From: Bacteroidota bacterium
GTDB lineage: Bacteria > Bacteroidota > Bacteroidia > Bacteroidales > VadinHA17
Assembly (NCBI GenBank): GCA_018262715.1
Contig: JADFDS010000011.1
Location: 39,760 to 103,759, forward strand
DNA length: 64,000 bases
Direction of reading: 5' to 3'
Position 1 is the stretch's first letter. Every line of letters begins with the position of its first letter. The notes below the pieces were generated by a model. That model was not told the origin of the DNA. It saw only the letters and a list, made by a program, of their open reading frames with translations, and did no database searches. Of the stretch, positions 1 to 8,661 are shown piece after piece. The translations under genes were made by a program, and so were the position numbers.

Positions 1-357
1 GAGCGGACGGCAATAAGCACTGACTTCGGCGATGCAGGCAATTCCCACAGCGAATATCTCGGCGCCTTGAGCGAATCAGGCTGGCCGGGGGCGCTGATAT
101 ACCTGGCAATGGCTCTTTGCGCTGTCATAACCGGAATAAAGGTGTGGTACCGCGAAGGGAGAGGGGATAAGGGGTATTTTGCCCTGGCTGTGGTCACGGG
201 ACTGGTGACCTACGCTGTTCACGGGGTTATGAACAGCTTCCTCGACAGTGATAAGATAGCAGCCCTGTGGTGGGGATTCATTGCACTTATTGTAGCGATG
301 GACCTGGAGGGAAGAATAATGGCCGGCGCCACGGAAAGTGACAGCAACCCGTCGTAG
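1..357 (+). CDS. O-antigen ligase (Wzy_C-like) family membrane protein, C-terminal part; the 5' end lies outside the window
   Basis: Frame 1 is open from nt 1 (ERTAISTDFGDAGNSHSEYLGALSESGWPGALIYL...). This is an O-antigen-ligase-like H..Y/L..E.G motif followed by two hydrophobic helices. Stop codon at 355-357. Confidence 0.55.
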   Translation, partial: ERTAISTDFGDAGNSHSEYLGALSESGWPGALIYLAMALCAVITGIKVWYREGRGDKGYFALAVVTGLVTYAVHGVMNSFLDSDKIAALWWGFIALIVAMDLEGRIMAGATESDSNPS

Positions 358-399
358 GTTTCCGGTCAGATGTCCGGCAGGATAAACATTCAGAAAAAA

Positions 400-1626
400 T
401 CAGGGGATCTCAACCGCAAGGATTGAGACATCATCGAAGAGCCGCTGGTTGTTGCTGCTTATGTCTATATCCCTGATGAGTGATTCAATATTTTCTGCCA
501 GCGGCTTCCCGTTGGGAAAATGCTTCACCAGGGGGGCAATCCCGTAGTCCCTGCCTCCATCGTCCTTAAGCTCAGAGAGTCCGTCGGTGTAACAGATGAT
601 CTTGGTGGGATTCTTAAGTGTCAGGGTTTCTGTTCTCACACAGGGGATCTCATCGAGCATGCCCACTCCAACGCATGACTGCCTGAGAAGCGATGACTGC
701 CCGGTGCGGGTATTGATAATAACCGGCGGGTTATGGGCAGCATTGATATACTCCAGTTCCCGAGTTTCGGTATTGTAACGGGCAATGAACAGGGTGATGA
801 ACCGTTCTCCGGCCGAGTTGGTGACCACCAGAGTGTTCAGTGTCCTGATAAGTTCCTCCAGGCTTGCTCCTGCGGTGAAGAGGGCACGGAGGCTGGCCTG
901 GAAATTTGACATCAGCAGGGCGGCAGACATTCCCTTCCCTGAGACGTCGGCTATACAGAATCCTGCAACGTTCTCTGACAGCTGCATGAAATCGTAGTAA
1001 TCACCGCCGACCTCATAATGAGGATAATAGAAGCCTTTTGCCCTGATGAGATTGTCTGAAGGGAGCCTGGTGTTGTCAGGGATAAGCATCATTTGCATCC
1101 GGGCAGCAAGCTCGAGCTCCCTGCGAAGGGCTTCCTGCCGGAGGCTCTCCCTGAATAGCCTCTGGTTCTCAATGGCAACAACGATGATGCCGGAAATAGT
1201 CTGGATGAAGTTAAGGTGCTTTATAAGCGGACTCATCCCTTCTCCCTCCTCATCGATGTCACCAATCAGGACATAGGCCGAGGGTTCGTTGTTGTGAAGA
1301 ACGGGAATGATGAAGTCAACGGCCCTGAAGTGCTTCTGCACCACCTCGGTCTGTATCTCCCTGAAACAGAGCAGGTCATTCTCGACGTCGACAGACGCTT
1401 TCAGTGATTCGGGGAATCCTGAATTGAGCAGGGGCTCCCACTGTTCGCCGTATTTGAAAAGCAGGATTTTGCCAATACCCAGTTCATCACGGAGGATTGA
1501 CTCGTATTTTCTGAGCAGCTCGGCTGTAGGAAGGTTAGCGTTGATGGAGAGGGTAATGTCAAGCAGGGCGTCGAGCTTGAACTTCGACATCTTAAGTCTG
1601 TCCTTCGGAAGCCTGCCTTCTCTCAT
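400..1626 (-). CDS. GAF domain-containing PP2C-type (SpoIIE/RsbU-like) serine phosphatase
   Basis: SpoIIE signatures GGDYYDF, ADVSGKG, YTDGL and DDVSIL are in the C-terminal half, and the N-terminal ~170 aa look GAF-like. The ORF opens with GTG at 1632; the first ATG is at 1626. Confidence 0.85.
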   Translation of the reverse strand: MREGRLPKDRLKMSKFKLDALLDITLSINANLPTAELLRKYESILRDELGIGKILLFKYGEQWEPLLNSGFPESLKASVDVENDLLCFREIQTEVVQKHFRAVDFIIPVLHNNEPSAYVLIGDIDEEGEGMSPLIKHLNFIQTISGIIVVAIENQRLFRESLRQEALRRELELAARMQMMLIPDNTRLPSDNLIRAKGFYYPHYEVGGDYYDFMQLSENVAGFCIADVSGKGMSAALLMSNFQASLRALFTAGASLEELIRTLNTLVVTNSAGERFITLFIARYNTETRELEYINAAHNPPVIINTRTGQSSLLRQSCVGVGMLDEIPCVRTETLTLKNPTKIICYTDGLSELKDDGGRDYGIAPLVKHFPNGKPLAENIESLIRDIDISSNNQRLFDDVSILAVEIP

Positions 1627-1633
1627 TTCCACG

Positions 1634-2200
1634 TCAGCCCTTTACCCTTTCTATGTAGGAGCGGTCACGCGTGTCAATGCGTATCCTGTCGCCGGTATTG
1701 ACAAAGAGTGGCACCATGATGGTTGACCCGGTCTCGATAGTTGCCGGCTTCAGGGTGTTGGTTGCCGTATCACCGCGGAGGCCCGGCTCCGAATAGGTTA
1801 CTTCCATTACCACGTTGACCGGAAGGTCAACCAGGAGAACATTCTCCGTATCAGCGTGCACCACCACCTCAACCGTATCGCCCTCTTTCAGGAGATCACT
1901 GTTTTCAATCATCGAGTCGGGAACGGTTATCTGATCAAATGTCTCGACATGCATCAGGTGATAGCCCATATCATCACTGTAAAGGAACTGGTGGGGTCTG
2001 CGTTCCACCCTTGCCACATTGACCTTCACTCCGGAGTTGAATGTATTTTCAAGCACCTTTCCGGTTGTAACGTTCTTAAGTCTCGTTCTTACGAAGGCCG
2101 GGCCCTTTCCCGGTTTTACATGCTGAAACTGAACGATGGTATAAAGGTCATTGTTGAATTCTATCACCATCCCGTTTCTGAAATCTGCTGTTGTAGCCAT
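1634..2200 (-). CDS. efp: Elongation factor P
   Basis: [43 protein letters not shown]... is a full-length EF-P match by eye (188 aa from the internal ATG at 2200). The upstream 20 codons of the tracked ORF are unlikely to be translated. Confidence 0.95.
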   Translation of the reverse strand: MATTADFRNGMVIEFNNDLYTIVQFQHVKPGKGPAFVRTRLKNVTTGKVLENTFNSGVKVNVARVERRPHQFLYSDDMGYHLMHVETFDQITVPDSMIENSDLLKEGDTVEVVVHADTENVLLVDLPVNVVMEVTYSEPGLRGDTATNTLKPATIETGSTIMVPLFVNTGDRIRIDTRDRSYIERVKG

Positions 2201-2222
2201 AAAGAAAAATAATTCATGTTGG

Positions 2223-3005
2223 TTAGTCAATAAATCTGAGGGGCGCTCTAAGCCCTTCATAGCTTGTCATATCCACGTAAAATGACCCCACAAAGATATC
2301 AAATCGTATTTTAACCGGTAAAAAATTTTCATCGGCGGTGAACCACATTGCCATATCCTCCTCTGTCTTGAAGACTCTGCCAACCTCGGTTACGGGATGG
2401 AAACGGTAGCATTCGATTCGTTTCCCCTTCACCCTGATAGTCTCTTTTCCCTTGTATTTCAGGATAATAGGATATAGTTCGTCAGCGAACCATGTCATCA
2501 TCCTGTATGTCTCTCCCGGGACAAGCTCCTTTCCGGAAGCGAGATAATATTTCCTGAACCAGTAAAAGCAGGAGACAATGTCAAGGAGTCCCTCCGGTCC
2601 TTTATGGTCACCTGTGAGGTCGCTGAAGACGAGGGTTGAGTCGTCAGCTCCTGAAACGTGGTCAAATCCAACCTCGTTGTATTTGCGGTAGCGTCCCTCC
2701 TGGATATTCCTTATGGAGAACACCGGAAGGTCATTTTCCGGGTCAATGTAGCTTTCATATACATCCCTCACCTTGTAGAGCGCGTCGGCAATGCCGGTGG
2801 TTTGTCCGGAGATCACTGCATGCCAGACCGGCCTGCCCTTGTGGATTCCCTCCCTGAGCTCGAGGCTTGCCTGACCGCTGCCTACGATACCATATCTTAT
2901 CTGGTAAGTCACCTTTTCACCCGGGAGGTAAGGCTGCTTCTGGGCATCAAGCAATTGCAGGGCTGCAGTTATTATTATCAGGACCGCAATAAATGTTTTT
3001 CTCAT
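2223..3005 (-). CDS. DUF3108-like exported protein
   Basis: Signal peptide [22 protein letters not shown], then the pattern [22 protein letters not shown] typical of DUF3108 proteins. The family assignment is from memory only. Confidence 0.5.
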   Translation of the reverse strand: MRKTFIAVLIIITAALQLLDAQKQPYLPGEKVTYQIRYGIVGSGQASLELREGIHKGRPVWHAVISGQTTGIADALYKVRDVYESYIDPENDLPVFSIRNIQEGRYRKYNEVGFDHVSGADDSTLVFSDLTGDHKGPEGLLDIVSCFYWFRKYYLASGKELVPGETYRMMTWFADELYPIILKYKGKETIRVKGKRIECYRFHPVTEVGRVFKTEEDMAMWFTADENFLPVKIRFDIFVGSFYVDMTSYEGLRAPLRFID

Positions 3006-3008
3006 TTC

Positions 3009-3713
3009 TCATTCAGGTTTGTCAGGGAAGAAGCTTTTCGGGACTGTGGCAATGAACTCCTTGAGATAATAGGGTTCGAAGTAAGCCAGGTCCTCAAATT
3101 GCCTGTTCCTCATTGCATTTACCGATGGGATAAACAAATATGATGCCGAGAGGCTGAAGTCATCCCTGAAGAAGGCATTCGGGCCGGCAATTATGCCGCG
3201 GCATTTTCCGGATCCGTTCCCGAAGAAAATCACCTGGTTTTCAGCGAGGAATTCACTGAATGAGTTTTTGTCAATAATGCTTGCGGAAGTTTCCGTGACC
3301 CGGGTTCCGTCAGCGGCAAAAATGGCATTGTATACTTCCATGCGGCGGGCATCGATCATCGGGCACAGGAGTGTTCCGGGCCGGAGGTCATCCGGGTGAC
3401 GGCTTATGTAGCCGCTGCACATTGCAGCCAGGGTGTTTATTCCTATCAGCGGTATGCCGGCGCCGTAAGCTATGCCTTTGGCGGCTGAGACGCCTATCCT
3501 CAGTCCGGTGTATGAGCCCGGTCCCTTGCTGACAGCAACCGCATCAAGGTCTGTTGCCGTGATGCGGTTTTCTTTCATGAGTTGTTGAATAATGACTGTG
3601 AGCTGTGCGGCATGAGACATGCCTGGCGGGGCCTCGGCAACGCCGTGCACCCTTTTCTCGTCGCACAATGCGGCAGAGCATACACCGGTGGCTGTCTCAA
3701 TGCAGAGAATCAT
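3009..3713 (-). CDS. tsaB: tRNA threonylcarbamoyladenosine (t6A) biosynthesis protein TsaB
   Basis: MILCIETATGVCSAAL... and VSKGPGSYTGLRIGVSAAKGIAYG match the YeaZ/TsaB signature. Length 234 aa. Confidence 0.85.
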   Translation of the reverse strand: MILCIETATGVCSAALCDEKRVHGVAEAPPGMSHAAQLTVIIQQLMKENRITATDLDAVAVSKGPGSYTGLRIGVSAAKGIAYGAGIPLIGINTLAAMCSGYISRHPDDLRPGTLLCPMIDARRMEVYNAIFAADGTRVTETSASIIDKNSFSEFLAENQVIFFGNGSGKCRGIIAGPNAFFRDDFSLSASYLFIPSVNAMRNRQFEDLAYFEPYYLKEFIATVPKSFFPDKPE

Positions 3714-3735
3714 TCAGTTATGTCAGCAGATTATC

Positions 3736-5004
3736 TTACTTCTTCGTCTTTTCAGTGCTGAAAAGAGCCTCCTTCGCAACAACCTCTATGCGTGTTGAAT
3801 CAGACAGTTTCTTGGAGATGGCGGTGAAAGGCTGAACTATTACATCTTCTTCCCCGGTGAGTCCGCTCAGGATCTCTATGTTGACATTATCCTGGATGCC
3901 GGTCGTCACGTCGCGCGCAAGCGCATAGGTTCCGTCCGAAACAAACACCAGGGTGCGTATATCATTTTTGGCGGCAGGGTCGGTAATGGTTGTGTCAGTG
4001 CGGGTGGTGACAGCCTGGATGGGCACTGTCATCACATTGGCCTTGCTGCTGGTGTAAATGTCAACCGAGGCAGACATGCCGGGCCTGAACGGGCTGGGAT
4101 TCTTTTCAGAGATCAGGTCTTCATATGATTCCTTGAGGATGAGTATCCTGACCTTGAAGTTGGTCACCTGGTCAGAGGTGGTTCCGAGGGTGTTTGCCGA
4201 GTTGGCTATTTCAGTCACAACGCCCTTGAAATCACGGTCAAGATAGGCATCCACCTCAACAATGGCAGTATCACCGAGCTTAACCCTGATGATGTCATTT
4301 TCATTGACGTCAACCACCACTTCCATGCGGTTCAGGTCTGCAACGCGGAGGACCTCGGTACCTGTCATCATGTTGGCGCCCACAACCCTTTCGCCCTGTT
4401 CAACCAGCAGGCTTGAGATGGTGCCTGTCATGGGTGAATAGACAGTGGTCTTTATCAGGTTTTCATTGGCTTCCTTGAGTGATGCCTCAGAGCTCTTGAC
4501 AGAGTACTGGGCGCTCTCCATCTCGGCTTTGGCCACCTTGTATTGTGACTCTGCCTGTTCAAAGTCGGCCTTTGAAATTGTGTTTTCCTCGAACAGCTTC
4601 TTGCTCCTGTTGAATGCCAGTTCAGCCTGGATCATCTGTGCTTCCACCTGTGCCAGGCGGGATTTTGTCGAGTTGAGGGTGGCCGCAGCACGGTCACGCG
4701 ATGAGATATAGATCTCTGGTTTTATCTTGAATAGCAGGGTTCCCTTCTGGACGAAATCGCCCTCCTTGACATGAAGCTCGACGATCTCGCCGGATACATC
4801 GGGGCTGATCTTGACCTCAGTCTCGGGCTGTATTTTGCCATTTGCCGTCACCGCCTCAATGATTGGATTAACACCCACCTTTTCAGTGGCAACCTTTATG
4901 GTCACCTCTTTGCCGAACCAGCCGGCCTTCTTGCCCACGACGGCAAATATGAGGAGGAGAACGACGGCAGCGGCGAGGATTTTAAGAAGTCTGTTATTTT
5001 TCAT
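3736..5004 (-). CDS. Efflux transporter periplasmic adaptor subunit (HlyD/MacA-like membrane fusion protein)
   Basis: N-terminal membrane anchor, a lipoyl-like motif (SPDVSGEIVELHVKEGDFVQKGTLLFKI), a long coiled-coil segment and a beta-barrel region. It lies directly downstream of the TolC gene. Confidence 0.85.
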   Translation of the reverse strand: MKNNRLLKILAAAVVLLLIFAVVGKKAGWFGKEVTIKVATEKVGVNPIIEAVTANGKIQPETEVKISPDVSGEIVELHVKEGDFVQKGTLLFKIKPEIYISSRDRAAATLNSTKSRLAQVEAQMIQAELAFNRSKKLFEENTISKADFEQAESQYKVAKAEMESAQYSVKSSEASLKEANENLIKTTVYSPMTGTISSLLVEQGERVVGANMMTGTEVLRVADLNRMEVVVDVNENDIIRVKLGDTAIVEVDAYLDRDFKGVVTEIANSANTLGTTSDQVTNFKVRILILKESYEDLISEKNPSPFRPGMSASVDIYTSSKANVMTVPIQAVTTRTDTTITDPAAKNDIRTLVFVSDGTYALARDVTTGIQDNVNIEILSGLTGEEDVIVQPFTAISKKLSDSTRIEVVAKEALFSTEKTKK

Positions 5005-5024
5005 CGGTTGAATGTTTACTGGAA

Positions 5025-6392
5025 TTATTTGGCAAGGATTGTAATGTGGTCAAGTGTCAGCGGGATGCCTTTATAGAAATCGAGGACCTTGGTTTTGAAG
5101 ACATACTCGTATTTTGCCTGGGCCATTTCGCTCTGGGCGTTGAGTAGCTGTGTCTTTGACTGGTTGTATTCCACAGCGGTGACCATTCCCACTCCGAGTT
5201 TCTGTTCGGCATAGCGGAATGCCTCTTCCATGGAGGTGACTGCCTTCTGGCTTGCGTTGTATTTCTTGAGAGCCCCGCTTGCATCAGTGTATGCCTGCTG
5301 GATATTCTTGTAAAGCTGTTTCCTGGTATTTTCGAGGGCATACCTTGAATTTTCGATCCCGAGCCTGGAGTTTTTTATTCCGGTGTTGACCTGCCAGCCG
5401 TTGAAGATGGGGATGTTAAGTGAGAATCCGAGTCCGTAATTCAGGTTATCATTCAGCTGTTCCCCGAACGGGTATTTCTCATTGGTCATGGGCTTGAGCC
5501 TCATATCTGAATAACCTGTTGACATTGAGGCGCCGAGGCTCAGCCGCGGGCTCCTGTTGCCTTTGGCTATTGCGAGGTCATATTCAGCGCTTTTGAGTTT
5601 GTATTCAGCGCTCATTATCTCCGGGCGTGTCTTCTCTGCTATCGAATAGATTGCTGCAGGATTACCGTCTACTGCCTCGTCCCTCACCGATATGGCGGGT
5701 ATGGCTACTGAGAAATCATCAGTATTCTGCAACTCAAGCATCTGGGCCAGGTTTAGAAGTGACAGGGTAAGCTGGTTTCGCATGTTCACCAGCTGCAGTT
5801 CCTCGCGTGCGGCCTGTGCCTCTATCTCAAGCAGGTTGCCGCGCGCCAGGCTGCCGGCGTCTACCATCTTGCGGGTCCGGTCAATCTGTTGTTTTGTGAG
5901 CTCCACCTGTGATTCCGTGGCTGCCACCAGCTCCTGGTTGAGGAGTATCTGGAGATAGGCCAGGGATATGTTCAGCGAGATATTGTCCCTGAACTGCTCA
6001 AGCTCCTGTTCACTCGCCAGCACCTCGTACTTGTTCTTTTGGATTGTGTTGTAGCTCACCAGCCCCCTGAAAAGGGTAACATTGCTACCGGCGTAGAAGT
6101 TGTTCGATTGTACGGTTTCGTTCTCGGTGAACTCGTAAGTGGTCTCGTCAAGTGCACGCCCGAAGGCATAATTGTGAGATGCGCTACCGTTGAGGGTCGG
6201 AAGCAGGTTAAGCTTCGACTGTTCAAGCGCTGCGACCTGGTACTCGGTCATGATCTCCTGCTGCTTTATGCTGATATTGTTCTGAAGGGCATGTGCAATG
6301 CACTCCTCCAGCGTCCATTGCTTTTGCTGGGAGAATAGCGCGAGCGGACCCAGCAACAGAATAAAGCCCAGGTAAAGAGTCTTTCTTTTCAT
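5025..6392 (-). CDS. TolC family outer-membrane efflux protein
   Basis: Signal peptide, then the typical start QQKQWTLEECIAHALQNNISIK and two repeated OEP halves. Length 455 aa. Confidence 0.85.
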   Translation of the reverse strand: MKRKTLYLGFILLLGPLALFSQQKQWTLEECIAHALQNNISIKQQEIMTEYQVAALEQSKLNLLPTLNGSASHNYAFGRALDETTYEFTENETVQSNNFYAGSNVTLFRGLVSYNTIQKNKYEVLASEQELEQFRDNISLNISLAYLQILLNQELVAATESQVELTKQQIDRTRKMVDAGSLARGNLLEIEAQAAREELQLVNMRNQLTLSLLNLAQMLELQNTDDFSVAIPAISVRDEAVDGNPAAIYSIAEKTRPEIMSAEYKLKSAEYDLAIAKGNRSPRLSLGASMSTGYSDMRLKPMTNEKYPFGEQLNDNLNYGLGFSLNIPIFNGWQVNTGIKNSRLGIENSRYALENTRKQLYKNIQQAYTDASGALKKYNASQKAVTSMEEAFRYAEQKLGVGMVTAVEYNQSKTQLLNAQSEMAQAKYEYVFKTKVLDFYKGIPLTLDHITILAK

Positions 6393-6456
6393 AATCTGAT
6401 TGACAGCATTATTTAAGTGTACGAAGATAGGAAATAGATCAGTATTTTAAAGACTG

Positions 6457-6464
6457 CAAAGATA
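6457..6464 (-). promoter_or_regulatory. Candidate Bacteroidota -7 promoter box (TATCTTTG) for the TolC/adaptor operon
   Basis: The reverse complement of caaagata is TATCTTTG, which fits the TAnnTTTG consensus. It lies 65 nt upstream of the ATG at 6392. Confidence 0.35.
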
Positions 6465-6510
6465 TTATGATGTTGCATAAGGTCTGTCAACAGTATCATT
6501 CATTTTTGTA

Positions 6511-6518
6511 TATCTTTG
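6511..6518 (+). promoter_or_regulatory. Candidate -7 promoter box (TATCTTTG) for the aldolase gene
   Basis: TATCTTTG fits TAnnTTTG and lies 41 nt upstream of the ATG at 6559. I saw no good -33 TTTG at canonical spacing. Confidence 0.35.
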
Positions 6519-6558
6519 CGCAGCTTGACTACAAAAAAATAATCAAATTTATAAAACG

Positions 6559-7635
6559 ATGACTAACAAGGGATTAAATCTGGAGCCGGGTGTGATCAGC
6601 GGCGAAGATGTGAAGAAGCTGTTTGACCATGCCAACAAGAATGATTTCGCCATTCCTGCCGTTAATGTGGTAGGAACCGATTCTGTCAACGCTGTACTTG
6701 AGACTGCACGTGAGGTAAAATCACCGGTTATCATACAGTTTTCCAATGGCGGTGCACATTTCTTTGCAGGCCAGGGACTGACCAAGGAGAATCATACGGG
6801 GGCAATTGCCGGAGGCATATCGGGTGCACTGCACGTGCACAATGTGGCGGAGTATTACGGCATACCCGTTATACTGCATACTGACCATGCTGCCCGCAAG
6901 CTCCTGCCCTGGATTGACGCGCTGCTTGATGCTGGCGAGGAGTTTTATGAGTCAAACGGCAAGCCGCTGTTCAGCTCTCATATGCTTGATCTCTCGGAGG
7001 AGCCGCTGAAGGAGAACATTGAGACATGCAAGAAGTATCTTGAGAGGATGGACAAGATGGGGATGACCCTTGAGATTGAACTCGGTGTCACCGGCGGCGA
7101 GGAAGACGGTGTTGACAACACCGGCGTTCACAGCTCGAAGCTCTACACCCAGCCTGAGGATGTGGCATATGCATATGAGGAACTTATGAAGGTTTCACAT
7201 AACTTTACCATTGCCGCATCATTCGGTAACGTACACGGTGTGTACAAGCCCGGTAACGTAACGCTCAGGCCCGAGATACTGAAGAATTCGCAGGATTATA
7301 TCCAGAAGAAATTCAAGACCGGACCCAATCCGGTGAATTTCGTGTTCCACGGCGGCTCAGGATCAGAAAAACACCTGATAGCCGAGGCCATTAAGTACGG
7401 TGCCATCAAGATGAACATTGACACTGACATGCAGTGGGCGTTCTGGTCAGGTGTCAAGGATTACTACGAGGCCAAAAAGGGTTACCTGCAGGGCCAGATA
7501 GGCAATCCTGAGGGAGAAGACAAGCCTAACAAGAAGTATTATGATCCGAGGGTATGGCTTCGCAAAGGCCAGGAGACCTTCATTGCAAGGCTTAAGGAGG
7601 CGTTTGCCGACCTTAACGCAATGAACAGGCTGTAA
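6559..7635 (+). CDS. fbaA: Class II fructose-1,6-bisphosphate aldolase
   Basis: GVISGEDVKKLFDHANKNDFAIPAVNVVGTDSVNAVLETAREVKSPVIIQFSNGGA and HTDHA match the class IIa FBA signature over the full 358 aa. Confidence 0.95.
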   Translation: MTNKGLNLEPGVISGEDVKKLFDHANKNDFAIPAVNVVGTDSVNAVLETAREVKSPVIIQFSNGGAHFFAGQGLTKENHTGAIAGGISGALHVHNVAEYYGIPVILHTDHAARKLLPWIDALLDAGEEFYESNGKPLFSSHMLDLSEEPLKENIETCKKYLERMDKMGMTLEIELGVTGGEEDGVDNTGVHSSKLYTQPEDVAYAYEELMKVSHNFTIAASFGNVHGVYKPGNVTLRPEILKNSQDYIQKKFKTGPNPVNFVFHGGSGSEKHLIAEAIKYGAIKMNIDTDMQWAFWSGVKDYYEAKKGYLQGQIGNPEGEDKPNKKYYDPRVWLRKGQETFIARLKEAFADLNAMNRL

Positions 7636-7660
7636 GACTTATTAATAAGCTAACATAAAG

Positions 7661-7693
7661 CAGGTCAGTGCATTGGCGTTGGCCTGTTTTTTT
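7661..7693 (+). terminator. Rho-independent terminator after the aldolase gene
   Basis: The stem caggtcagtg / cgttggcctg is about 10 bp including G-U pairs, with a 6-nt loop, and is followed by a T7 run. Confidence 0.6.
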
Positions 7694-7758
7694 ATTGTTG
7701 ATAAGTTGCATTTTTCATTGGCCCACAGGATGGCCATGCGGGCTACTTTAGCATAAAA

Positions 7759-8013
7759 TTGACTGCCGGATTGAGACGCGGACCTTTGACTGAGGAAAAG
7801 ATAAAGAGGACCACCACGCTTACCCTCAGGCTGAATGAGAGGGAGGCGAAGGCGCTCAGCATCTACTGCAAGCGGTACAGGGTAAGGAGCAAGTCGGATT
7901 TCATGCGGCGGACCATCATGCAGGCCATTGTCGTGCGGTTTGATGCGGAACATCCGTCATTGTGGGAGCAGGGTGAGCTGACCCTGTTCACTCATGAGGC
8001 GAAAAATAACTGA
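7759..8013 (+). CDS. Small hypothetical protein, possibly ribbon-helix-helix-like
   Basis: LTLRLNEREAKALSIYCKRYRVRSKSDFMRRTIMQAI looks like an RHH (beta-strand plus two helices) pattern. No ATG start is available (TTG at 7759, 7771 or 7786). A competing antisense ORF (7642-7953) looks less protein-like. Confidence 0.4.
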   Translation: MTAGLRRGPLTEEKIKRTTTLTLRLNEREAKALSIYCKRYRVRSKSDFMRRTIMQAIVVRFDAEHPSLWEQGELTLFTHEAKNN

Positions 8014-8091
8014 AAAGGGATAGGGGCAACTCTTATTTTATTATTTTTGTGATTCCACGATAGCGGGGGAAGGTGTCGTCTCGGAAGAAAA

Positions 8092-8475
8092 ATGGAATTG
8101 GAAATTATTAAAATAGAACCCACCAGGGTTACCCCCCAGGTTTTATTCCTTGAGGGTCATATTGAGCTCAGGGGCAGGTCGATATCTGAGAATTCAACTG
8201 ATTTTTACAGGCCGCTGGCAGCATGGGTTGACTCCTATGTTGAGAAGACCGAGGTTCGCACGAGGGTTATTCTTGCATTTGATTTCATAAACACGGCCTC
8301 GACGAAATGGATTTATTCCATTGTCAAGCGGCTGGCTCTTTACCCGAATGTCCGTGAGATGGTTTCCATTGAATGGTATTATGAGAAGGGTGACGAAGAT
8401 CAGTACGAACTTGGGCAGATAATTCACTCTTTTATCGATTGTCCGTTCATCTTTTACGAGACTGAGCAGACCTGA
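8092..8475 (+). CDS. DUF1987 / SiaC-family regulatory phosphoprotein-like protein
   Basis: 127 aa. The layout (TPQVLFLEGHIELRGRSISENSTDFYRPLAAWVDSY ... FDFINTASTKWIYSIVKRL ... IEWYYEKGDEDQYELG) matches my memory of DUF1987 proteins. Confidence 0.65.
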   Translation: MELEIIKIEPTRVTPQVLFLEGHIELRGRSISENSTDFYRPLAAWVDSYVEKTEVRTRVILAFDFINTASTKWIYSIVKRLALYPNVREMVSIEWYYEKGDEDQYELGQIIHSFIDCPFIFYETEQT

Positions 8476-8492
8476 TAATCCGGAAAAATATT

Positions 8493-8500
8493 TATTTTTG
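8493..8500 (+). promoter_or_regulatory. Candidate -7 box (TATTTTTG) for tRNA-Gln
   Basis: It fits TAnnTTTG and lies 23 nt upstream of the tRNA 5' end. It is followed by CCACGC, as upstream of tRNA-Asn. Confidence 0.4.
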
Positions 8501-8522
8501 CCACGCCTTATCAGGCGCCGAT

Positions 8523-8595
8523 TGACCCATGGTGTAATTGGCAACACGTCTGATTTTGGTTCAGAAGAGTCGGGGTTCGAGCCCCTGTGGGTCAA
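8523..8595 (+). tRNA. tRNA-Gln(TTG): tRNA-Gln (anticodon TTG)
   Basis: Folded by hand. Acceptor TGACCCA/TGGGTCA (7 bp, perfect); D stem GTGT/ACAC with a GG in the loop; anticodon stem TCTGA/TCAGA with loop TTTTGGT, giving anticodon TTG; T stem CGGGG/CCCTG with loop TTCGAGC. 73 nt, no encoded CCA. Confidence 0.85.
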
Positions 8596-8603
8596 CAAAA
8601 GAA

Positions 8604-8640
8604 AGAGAGTGTGATTGAGAGCGAGCACTCTTTTTCTTTT
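8604..8640 (+). terminator. Probable terminator after tRNA-Gln
   Basis: AGAGTG ... CACTCT stem with a ~14-nt loop, followed by TTTTTCTTTT. Confidence 0.45.
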
Positions 8641-8661
8641 ATCTCACACCCGCTTTCGTGC

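Noticed and set aside
8194-8628. 144-aa minus-strand ORF overlapping the DUF1987 gene and tRNA-Gln
   Set aside because: It runs through a well-folded tRNA gene and is antisense to a family-assignable CDS. It is a shadow ORF.
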